NCBI GenBank assembly: GCA_051294905.1
Contig: CM119373.1
Location: 62,001-126,000 of the forward strand
Direction of reading: 5' to 3'
DNA from: Botryllus schlosseri
Lineage: Eukaryota
Length of the DNA stretch: 64,000 nucleotides
Shown here piece by piece: positions 54,955-64,000 of this stretch. The translations under genes and the position numbers were made by a program. How positions within the stretch are numbered: the stretch's first letter is position 1; every line of letters begins with the position of its first letter. The notes beneath the pieces were generated by a model. That model ran no database searches, was not told where the DNA came from, and was given only the letters and a program-made list of their open reading frames with translations.

Positions 54955-57506
54955 ATAGATTAGTCAATCAAGGTATCCTCGAACCAATCAATTATAGTGA
55001 TTGGGCAGCACCAATTGTTGCCGTCACTAAATCAAATGGATCAGTACGCATTTGTGGTGACTTCAAAGCATTGAATCAACAAATTCAGATAGATCAACAT
55101 CCCCTGCCCTCCTTGGATGAAATCCTTCACAAGTTACAGGGTGGTTGCATTTTCACGAAAATTGATCTTGCCGATGCTTATTTTCAGCTAGAATTACATG
55201 ATGATGCGAAGAATTTGTGTGTCATCAACACGCAATTCGGTCTATTCCGTTATCGACGCATGTGTTTCGGAGTCGCATCTAGTCCCGCAAATTTTCAACG
55301 CTGTATTGATGCCATGATCGCCGGCTTACCCGGTGTTGCTAGTTTTATCGGTGACATAATCGTTACTGGCATTGATGAACGCGATCATGTTGGCAACTTA
55401 TCGCTACTCTTCGAGCGCCTCACCGAATACGGTTTCACCGTCAATTTCGCGAAATGTGAATTTTTCAGAAGTAGTGTCGAGTACCTTGGTCATATAATCG
55501 ACAAGGACGGCGAACGCCCGTCTAACAAATCCGTTGAAGCAATCAAACAGTTGCCTAAACCTCAGGATGTTCGCCAGCTACAGGCATTCCTGGGCAAAGT
55601 CAATTATTATCGCGCGTTTATTCCTAATTTCACGAATAAAGCCGCTGCCTTGTACCGTCTTCTTCAAAAAGACGCGAAATTCATTTGGAATACGGACTGT
55701 GATGCAGCTTTTCGCATTCTCAAAAACGACGTAATCGACGCTACGCAATTAGCTCATTATGATGTAAACAAGCAGCTCATTTTGTCAACTGATGCTTCTC
55801 AATTCGGAATCGGCGCTGTCCTCTCAATCGAACACAATGGCGAAGAGAGACCGATCGCGCACGCATCGAAAACACTTTCCGATTCGCAAAAATCCTACTC
55901 TCAAATAGAGAAGGAAGCTCTGTCAATCATTTACGGAGTCACTAAATTTCGTCAATTCTTGTATGGTAGAAAATTTACGCTCGTGACGGATCACATACCG
56001 CTTTTAGCTATTTTCTCGCCGGACAAGAAAATTCCCGTGATTACAGCGCAACGCTTACAGCGATGGGCACTAACGCTCATGGCTTACCAATACGATATTC
56101 GCTATAAACCGACTGATCAGCACGGAAACGCCGACGGTTTATCTCGCCTACCAAAGGGTCCAGACCCTGAGTTTGACGAACTGGAAATTCGTGAAAACGC
56201 GGAGATCGTTCACGCTATCAATATGGCATTCGATGGCTTACCGTTAACTCGCAATGAAATTCGCGACGCGACGCTGAAGGACAAAACCATGGAACTAGTA
56301 AAATTATCTGTCACTCATGGTAATTGGAATCCAAAGACGCACATTGATGATTTTTCTTGGTTTTCGACTCGTAAATATTCGCTTTCTCTGCACGAAGACA
56401 TAGTCATGCTCAATATTGATGGTTTTCAGCGCGTAGTAATTCCGCAGTCACTTCGCTCTCGAGTCTTATCATTGTTGCACGAAGGACATTGGGGTATCGC
56501 GAAAATGAAGCAGATGGCTCGACGTTACATCGCATGGCCTTCCATTAATCGCGACATTGAAAATCTCGTTAAAATTTGCGACGCTTGCCGTAAGGTAATC
56601 AAAGCGCCTGATCGTCAGTATCGCGAATGGCCTAAAACTTCTCAAAGCTTTGAACGAATTCACTTCGATTTCGCAGATCCAATGAACAATAAAATGTTTC
56701 TTGTCATCGTCGATGCGCATTCGAAATATCCTTTCGTTAAAGTAATGAATGTCGGTTCTACCACAACCTTGTGTGTGGTCAACGCTTTGAGGGAAGTCTT
56801 ATCTATTGAAGGCTTGCCCGTAACAATCGTTACGGATGGCGGACCGCAATTCACATCGAATGAATTCGATACGTTTTGTTCTAATTTGGCAATCAGCCAT
56901 ATCGTATCACCGTCTTTTCACCCTGCATCAAACGGGGAAGCGGAGCGTTTCGTCCAGACTTTGAAGGCTGGATTGATAAAAAATTGCGACGGGGGAAAAG
57001 ATATTAACTTCGCGCTCCAAACACTTCTCGCTACTTACCGATGTGCACCGCACCCGGGCATAGACTGGAAAACGCCTGCCGAGATTTTACATGGTCGGCA
57101 GCCGCGCAATTTGTTAAGTTTGTGCTCGCCCTTCGATAAATCTAAACCCGTTACGCCTAGACAATCAGTCACTCATTTTGAGATTGGTTCCTCGGTTTAC
57201 GCTCGCAGTTACCGAAGCGGACCAAAGTGGATTGCTGGCGTGGTGACGGAAATACTGGGGCGTGTTGTGTACATCATAAAAACAGATCATGGGTATTGGA
57301 GGAGGCACAAAAACCAACTCCAACCACGCTTGATTCCCACTGGTCATGATACAGCCACACAGGAAGTTGCTCAGCCTCAACAGTCCCAAGCTGAGCAACC
57401 ATTGGTCAGGAATAGGGCACAACGTCCTGCAGCTATTCCTGCTCGATTGTCGGGCAGACGTTATCCTCTTAGAAATAGGAAACCCACCGACTTCTATAGA
57501 CCGTAA
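54909..57506 (+). CDS. pol: Pol: reverse transcriptase, RNase H and integrase (frameshifted; RT catalytic motif mutated)
   Basis: WAAPIV, RICGDFK, KIDLADAY, FIGD (YxDD position), TDAS/EKEAL/TDH (RNase H), H-H-C-C and D..D..E (HFDF, TDGGPQF, NGEAERF). Confidence 0.95.
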   Translation, partial: RPLPFARQIAVQTELNRLVNQGILEPINYSDWAAPIVAVTKSNGSVRICGDFKALNQQIQIDQHPLPSLDEILHKLQGGCIFTKIDLADAYFQLELHDDAKNLCVINTQFGLFRYRRMCFGVASSPANFQRCIDAMIAGLPGVASFIGDIIVTGIDERDHVGNLSLLFERLTEYGFTVNFAKCEFFRSSVEYLGHIIDKDGERPSNKSVEAIKQLPKPQDVRQLQAFLGKVNYYRAFIPNFTNKAAALYRLLQKDAKFIWNTDCDAAFRILKNDVIDATQLAHYDVNKQLILSTDASQFGIGAVLSIEHNGEERPIAHASKTLSDSQKSYSQIEKEALSIIYGVTKFRQFLYGRKFTLVTDHIPLLAIFSPDKKIPVITAQRLQRWALTLMAYQYDIRYKPTDQHGNADGLSRLPKGPDPEFDELEIRENAEIVHAINMAFDGLPLTRNEIRDATLKDKTMELVKLSVTHGNWNPKTHIDDFSWFSTRKYSLSLHEDIVMLNIDGFQRVVIPQSLRSRVLSLLHEGHWGIAKMKQMARRYIAWPSINRDIENLVKICDACRKVIKAPDRQYREWPKTSQSFERIHFDFADPMNNKMFLVIVDAHSKYPFVKVMNVGSTTTLCVVNALREVLSIEGLPVTIVTDGGPQFTSNEFDTFCSNLAISHIVSPSFHPASNGEAERFVQTLKAGLIKNCDGGKDINFALQTLLATYRCAPHPGIDWKTPAEILHGRQPRNLLSLCSPFDKSKPVTPRQSVTHFEIGSSVYARSYRSGPKWIAGVVTEILGRVVYIIKTDHGYWRRHKNQLQPRLIPTGHDTATQEVAQPQQSQAEQPLVRNRAQRPAAIPARLSGRRYPLRNRKPTDFYRP

Positions 57507-57529
57507 ATGTGGGCAACCCTCTAACTTAC

Positions 57530-57538
57530 AGGGGAGGA
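57530..57538 (+). promoter_or_regulatory. Polypurine tract
   Basis: AGGGGAGGA immediately before the 3' LTR. Confidence 0.85.
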
Positions 57539-57539
57539 C

Positions 57540-57796
57540 AGTTATGTTCGTGCATTTACGTTCGGTGTCGTACAACTCTTTCTTTCTATAGGATTAGTAA
57601 TTTCAGCCAATCATTATTTCCTCGTGTGTCATGCTTGTATTTATACCCTGTGTTCTGTTGTCTCGTGGTCTTTTCATTTAACTGAACTCTGGATGGTGTC
57701 GCCTGTCTCAAAGTTATTCTGCTGTGCAATATACTGATTTCTTATTGCAACCTCGTCGCTTTGAGTTATTGTTCAAACAAGATCAAGAACATAACA
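57540..57796 (+). repeat. 3' LTR (257 bp)
   Basis: Copy of the 5' LTR, with first base A instead of T; followed by TSD CATTT. Confidence 0.96.
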
Positions 57797-58299
57797 CATT
57801 TGTTGGCGACAGTCAATATGCAATTCAAATTTAAGAATTAACCTGCAAGTTGGCATATAGAATGGTATATCCTATAATCAGAGATGGAGTTCTTCAAAAC
57901 TATCAATACCGCTTGAAACGAGATTCTATCACGTAGTCACGTACCTCCAAAACGCTACCTATCACCAAACTCAAAATTATACCTCTCACTGTATGAAGTG
58001 AAAAGCGAGCTTTGCTGATGTAATGCAGAAGTGGTGAAGCTATGGCTCGCGAGTCACATATCGCTATTTCAATGGCGGCATATGGCTCTCGGACAAATTG
58101 AAGTTATCATTTATTAGGTACCATGATTATCAGGAATGAAAATCAATGGTATTCGTTTGAATTGTTTTTTAAGATAAACATACATTCCCGACCCATTTCT
58201 CACTTTATTATTTCGAAGAGCCAGATTCCTCCATCAAATGGGTAATATGTATTGTGTGAACCACAGGTTCCGTAATCCAGACTACTGATGGCCCTGGGT

Positions 58300-59046
58300 C
58301 AGCAAGAACTAGATGCGAATACCACGCGTATGTCATTCAGCGATAGTGTATGCGTATAAACTTTTATAAACGGCGCAATCCCACCAGCAAATGACTGAAG
58401 CCGCCTTGGATAATCTCATGTGCAAGTCGGACATGTTTTCCACCAAAGTTAACGTTAAATGCCGATCATAGAATTAGGGTTCTGCTACAATGACCGAAAT
58501 GACCATCTTCCAATCCTTCGGTGAAGAACCCCAAATGATGCAACTATGTCTGATCTATCAATGATATCACGGGCGCGAGCAGTGACCACTCATTAATAAT
58601 AATCTCCTGAGATTCTTGCTAATATCCGTGCTTTTTTAAAAACTTTTAGCGGGAAAAGTAATTGTTTTTATATTTCATCAATCGTGGAGCACACGATACA
58701 CAGTGTATTTGAAAACACTTGCTAAACTTGCCTTTCGCTAAATACGGTTTATTACATCGTTCAGTCTTAGTATAAATCTGCGTTAAACTTCAAAAGAAAG
58801 ACTTCTGTTGACGTTTTATCGTGCATGGGAGTTAAGTTACGAATGAATAGTCTTCAATAAAGAATGTGCTACAAAACCCGGGTACATGCCTGACTAACCG
58901 CTGTATCAATAATATTGTTGTCAATCAGCCCGTGACATACAGCCGTTACCCAATGTTACGGTGAGTAACCACAAATGATGTAACTATGCCCGATGTATTA
59001 TTGATATCACGAGCACGAGCAATGACCTCTCAGCAATAATAATCTC
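58300..59046 (-). pseudogene. Paralogous decayed Ig-domain exon remnants
   Basis: 58960-59046 reads DYYC*EVIARARDINNTSGIVTSFVVTH; 58520-58606 reads GDYY**VVTARARDIIDRS...; next acceptor at ~58484. Confidence 0.4.
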
Positions 59047-60216
59047 GTTTATCTTGTATATATATCAGGGGTGGCCAAACTGCGACTCTCTGGCGGCATG
59101 CGGCTTTTGGAGACTTTGATTGCGGATCAATAATGATTGCACAAATGGACATATATTTCCTCATCTTACTTGATTTTAAAAAGCATTGAATTTTATCACT
59201 CAATAATAATAATATGCAGTTGTAGGCCTATTGTAATCGTATACTGTTAGTTGCCTCGCGTTTTAAGACACATTTGGAAAATTTACGCGAGGGAGTGGGG
59301 ATTTGAACAATTGATATCTCGAGTCGAGTTATCATGGGCGTTTCTTGTTCGTCAATAGTTAATTGTGATTAGCAATGAAACTGATGAGTAATAATAATAT
59401 TCATTATATGAATAATTATAAATAATTATTCACAGTAGCGCATTTCTCGTTCAACTCCTATAGCGGACATTGGTATTAGCAATGGCAAACATGTGTGTCT
59501 TTGTTGTCAGGCGTCGGCAATCATTACGAAACTTGCAGGTTTAAATATCAATACGAAGCTAAACAAAAATATTTTCAACAATCACTCAGTCTAGTCGAGT
59601 TACGGAGGAATAAGATAACGAGTTGAAATTTTCGTCAAATGCAGAATAGGAGCTATTACCAACTTTCAGCTAGGAAGCTGACACAACTACTCAATCCGTT
59701 TTCATTGTATCAAAGAATCATGGCCAGCCCAATTAGTTATTATTCGGTTTCGACCAACACACTTACAGTTCACCTAGCTATCAGATGGGGACTCATTGTA
59801 AGCAGACACCAAAAATACTCCTTTTTAGACGGTTGAATCGTTGTAGTGGACAAATTTGTATTTTTGATTTTATGCTTTGCAGCTTATCTGAAACTGTGTT
59901 TTAGTGCATGCGGATCGAACATAGACCAGGTATGGTAACTACTGATGAATATACAGATGGTATATATCGATGTCCATTCGCCTATTGCATGAGTATCGAA
60001 ATGAAAACGCTCCGACTACTCGCCATTTCAGGAATGAAAAGGTGCCATGCACCCCCGTTAATTTGGACCATACTGCGACACGATCCGATAAGCAAAATAG
60101 CAATGTCATCATGTGATAGTGACGTGGAATGCGCCACTTTTCTCACGCCTCCAGTTACGCTAATTCAATCGTCACTCTTTTTCCTTCTACAATACACAAT
60201 CGCAAGATATACCCAC

Positions 60217-61791
60217 CAGAGTTGGATCAATTGTAATTTGTAATTGAGCTAAATGTAATTAATTACATTTTTTCATGTAATTGTAATTGTAGTTGTAATT
60301 GTAATTTGATCAAAATTTTGCTCAATTACAATCTCAATTATATTTTCAGGAAACCTGACAATCACAACATAAAATAATCATTTAATCAATCATTTATTCG
60401 TCGCACCAGTGAAAATCAGGTACGAACCAGGATGACGACAAGGGGCCTTAAGGTCTTAGTAAACAGTCACCACCTGTAATAATTAGCCTATTTACATCGG
60501 TGTTCTATGCATGCTGCGTTATAACTAGATAATTCAGTCACGCTAAACTGTTTCTCATACTTCAGTAGCAACTGAGAAAACTTTGTGAATTACAATATAG
60601 GATAAACCAGCGGTTCTCAAACTGGGGGTCGTGCCCCTTTGGGCGGCGTGAAAACATCTGAATGGGGCGCAACAGGAGAATTCTCTCATCAACAGTCCTA
60701 ACCTTCCATACCATCAAACTATATGTAAGGATTGCTAACTTTCTGGTTTCATTGTGTGTTATGACGATAAGGGAGCACGAAATATTCACTGTCATGAAGG
60801 GGGGCGTGTCTAAAAAAGTTCGAGAATTTTCAAAAATGGATGTACAGCAAATAAACTCTTCTGAAATCTGTGCTGAACCATTTTTAAATCTCTGACCAGA
60901 ACCGAGGATTCTTGCAACAATAGCAAAAAATCAAGTTTTCATCCAAGTCTTCATCAAACTTGATCATGCATTTGTAGAGATGTATCTCAATCTCACCTCC
61001 AATCTTGACCAAATTTACTGGGGTCAGAAACTTTTCGCACCCTAATGTTCATCAAATGCAATCTAACAGTTTCCGAGCAACTGAAAATGTAAATGCGAAC
61101 CAAAATATTGTAATTCTTAGTTATCAGGAGGTTCTTTCGTTTTGCATTTATTTTAATTTTACGCTACTTATCGGTATCATCCTTATCGCTGACGCCTTAC
61201 AAATTACATTTCATTATTCTGACTAGATGACATATCACCGCCGTATCGCAACTCCGTCGTCAAAGCATCTCGATGGTACAGGCAAAAAAGAATATCATAT
61301 CTCTCATTGCACATTTAACTATAGAAAAATGACTCAGCTCTGAGTAGCCTAATCGTTTGATTACATTTCATTGACTGTCCTGTAGTCTATTCACTGTTGT
61401 TCGCTCAAACCTGTGGTTCTTAACAGTCGCTTGAAACATTTTTCTGTGCTTGTAGTTTTCACTACTCATGTTTTGGAATAGTTCGAATATATTCGAGTTT
61501 TATTTTAAATATAGGGTATTCTACATATCAGGAATGGAAAATCAATAGCTTGGGATTGTTGCTAGTATGTAGCTACGGTTGTCAAAGAACACCTATTTAC
61601 TGAATCAATTACCTGTTTAAAAGTAATTGTAATTGTAATTATAACTGTAATATATTACGTATTTACCAGTAATTGTAATTTGATATTTTTGGCATTAAGT
61701 AATTGTAATTGTAATGTAATTGACACATACAAGAAAGTAATTGTAATTGTACTTGTAATTGAATTAAAATATTGTATTTGATCCAACTCTG
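60217..61791. mobile_element. Second copy of the 44012-46310 hAT-type element
   Basis: Same TIRs; its own perfect TSD ATACCCAC; lacks the nested 44291-44995 MITE and carries a SINE 3' fragment. Confidence 0.93.
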
Positions 61792-62613
61792 ATACCCACT
61801 GTGTGATTGACTGATTGACCACACTAAATATATGAATGCCACTCAAAACAAGGAAGGCCTAGCACAAGTCCCCGACATTTTCCACGAGATAACAAGCAAT
61901 GAGTGTTGGCTTACTGGTGGTTGAAAATGATTTTGAAGTGCACATTTGTTAAAAAAAAAGGTTATACTTTGAATCGCGAATAATATTTTCTTTATGTTTT
62001 TGTAATCATGATCTCCTAACATGTCTATTATTTATCTGCACTTATTATATTATATATAGTATTGAAATTTTCTGGCTCACTGGAGTAGACCAATTGAAAT
62101 GATATGAAGAAAATTCGTGCATTGATAAATAAGTGCTTTTGTAATTGCGCTCGAAAAATATATTCGTCGATAGGTCAGACTGGGCTACGCATAGTAACAA
62201 TCGCTCAACCCTTTCCGCATTGTATTCAAACACGCCGTGGATAGTCGACTACGTTGTAATTGGTCACATTTCGTCTTCAATATATTAACATCCTGCGCCG
62301 ATAAATCAGACGACATTGCCAATGTACGGTTATTTCTGCCCACAGTTTCATGAATAATTCGGATTATCAATCATTTGCTGAGGTTTGCGGCGAATACTTT
62401 TGACTTGTAAATAACGAAAATTAAAAATTCTCTACAAAATAAAAGATTTTTACCAACTGCATTGTCATGGTGGATTACAAGTTGAACTGTCGGCGAACTC
62501 CGTTTGTTTTTACACCCTTTGGCCTACCTCTATATTTATTATGAAGTATGAACGATTCCGTCTAATAATTAGACGGTTGGTTATGGTGTAATGCTTAATA
62601 CGCCTCATATCGT

Positions 62614-62747
62614 TTAAAATATATGCGAAGTCATTTCGGAGTCAGTCATCTCCACGCCAGGACACACAAGACATATTATACACAAGTGAGGTCCCACAAG
62701 GATAGTTTCTGATGAAACATCCGCCCAAATTGATAGTCGCGTGCTGG
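62614..62747 (-). pseudogene. Possible Ig-domain N-terminal exon remnant
   Basis: TATGTAG acceptor, then ASTRLSIWADVSSETILVGPHLCIICLVCPGVEMTDSEMTS (A'-B-C strand-like pattern); frameshifted paralog at ~46340-46500. Confidence 0.35.
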
Positions 62748-63594
62748 CTACATAGATATATTTTTTTACAAACTTATATGACATATACCGCAGGCATGAT
62801 ATTTGCAAATTATTTAATTTGTATACTTACCGCTGATCTGAGAGAGGTACTATTTTCCTGCTGTCATAAAAAAGTCTTGAACATGCTTAGGAGAAAAAGA
62901 ATATTAAATTAATGATGAAGAAAGTTGCCTATAGAAGGTTTATTTGAAGAATAGTTGCGGCAAAATCTTATAGCAATACGTTATTTTGTCAATATAAAAT
63001 TATATTACATGATGGACCTCACTTTCATGCCTAGCTTCCGTCTATTCACAAACCGTTCTATGCTGTCGCTATCTTCAATAGAATTGCGTAAGTTAATTAA
63101 TCAAGTAGTAGGCTACCTCTATCAAAGAAGCAATATCTTTACCAGACTGAATAGGCAAGTTGACTCTTTTACCTCTAGTTGTACAAAGGTCAAAGCTCGT
63201 TATATCGCTGAGTATACTTAGCTCTGCGAATAGCGGGTTCAAAGTTCTGTATTCATCGGTATACCTCATGACTAATCTTGGAATAGATTCCGCAATAAAT
63301 GTATCTTAGTCATTTCGCGAGCTAGGCAATTTCGCTGTATACTTTGCATTGACTGTAAACACACGACGCAACTGAGTGGAGTGGCCTCTGAATTCCTATT
63401 TCTAAGAGTTGGAGGTTTATCTAGGCTCCTACTCGCCACCTCATAAGTGTAAGCCAGTGGTTCCAGACCTTTTTTTAGACACGCCCCCCTTTATGATAGT
63501 GAGAAATTTCGCGCCCCCTTATCGTCATATCACAAAATCCAACCAGGATGCTAGCAAACTCAATAGATTGTTTGATTACATGGAAGGTTATGAC

Positions 63595-64000
63595 TAGGGC
63601 GATTTTTTTGACATGTCAAAATAAGGTCAAAATTCTAGCGTTAGGTCAAAAAATGTCAAAATTGTTCAAAAAGACAAGATTTTTTGCAACCTGCAATTCA
63701 TTTGTATCGTAGAATTTGCACAATATGTGAACTTATCGTTTGACATTTCACAGCTTGTAGCTTACTTTATATGCCTACCGTTGCATACAGCGCATTGTCT
63801 GCTCATTGTAAATCATAAACAGTCAAATGAAATAAATAGGTTGACACGATGTTATGTTCAACGTACCGCAATATCCTAAGTGAAGCAAGACTGCGTGGGC
63901 ATTGCATGGTTCTTACATCTGTATGAAAAATTGAGATGTACACCATTGTCAGAATGTAGCAACACGGTGTGTCACCAGCATTGTACGCACGCACAACTTC
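63595..64000. mobile_element. MITE of the 32487-33281 family, inverted and cut by the window edge
   Basis: Starts TAGGGCGATTT; reverse-complement similarity to ~32900-33281. Confidence 0.7.

Larger units (their letters stand above)
53065..57796 (+). mobile_element. Full-length Ty3/Gypsy LTR retrotransposon, Mag-like
   Basis: LTRs 53065-53320 and 57540-57796; 5-bp TSD CATTT; PBS and PPT present; domain order gag-PR-RT-RH-IN. Confidence 0.97.

Noticed and set aside
53111..57591. Antisense and overlapping ORFs within the Gypsy element (e.g. 54375-54857, 57165-57575) or an env gene
   Set aside because: Shadow ORFs of gag-pol; there is no room for env between the pol stop (57506) and the PPT.
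205..63994. Most 60-140 aa ORFs in the supplied track
   Set aside because: They fall in MITEs, SINEs or AT-rich non-coding DNA, often start at non-ATG codons, and show no recognisable domains.

Overview
AT-rich eukaryotic DNA, probably invertebrate (an ascidian-like repeat repertoire is my inference). It is dominated by transposable elements and contains no intact host gene that I can support. The only long coding unit is a full-length Mag-type Ty3/Gypsy LTR retrotransposon (53065-57796), with LTRs, a 5-bp TSD, a tRNA-Leu PBS and a PPT. It is disabled by a 2-bp insertion and an RT active-site D->G change. Other elements include many hAT-type MITEs with 8-bp TSDs (often nested), an internally deleted Charlie/Buster-like hAT, hATm-like transposase fragments in head-to-head orientation, an RNase H-containing LINE 3' end, Penelope-like fragments and tRNA-derived SINEs. 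An 11.2-kb interval bounded by hAT TIRs (21104-32340) contains a CACTA/EnSpm-like element carrying a spliced, disabled SAMD3-like gene, followed by a near-identical three-piece mosaic duplication (30236-31713). Beneath the TE layer, scattered minus-strand exon remnants with immunoglobulin-domain motifs and an old ~17-kb-offset segmental duplication suggest a decayed tandem Ig-superfamily gene cluster. All family assignments come from reading motifs by eye; no database searches were run.
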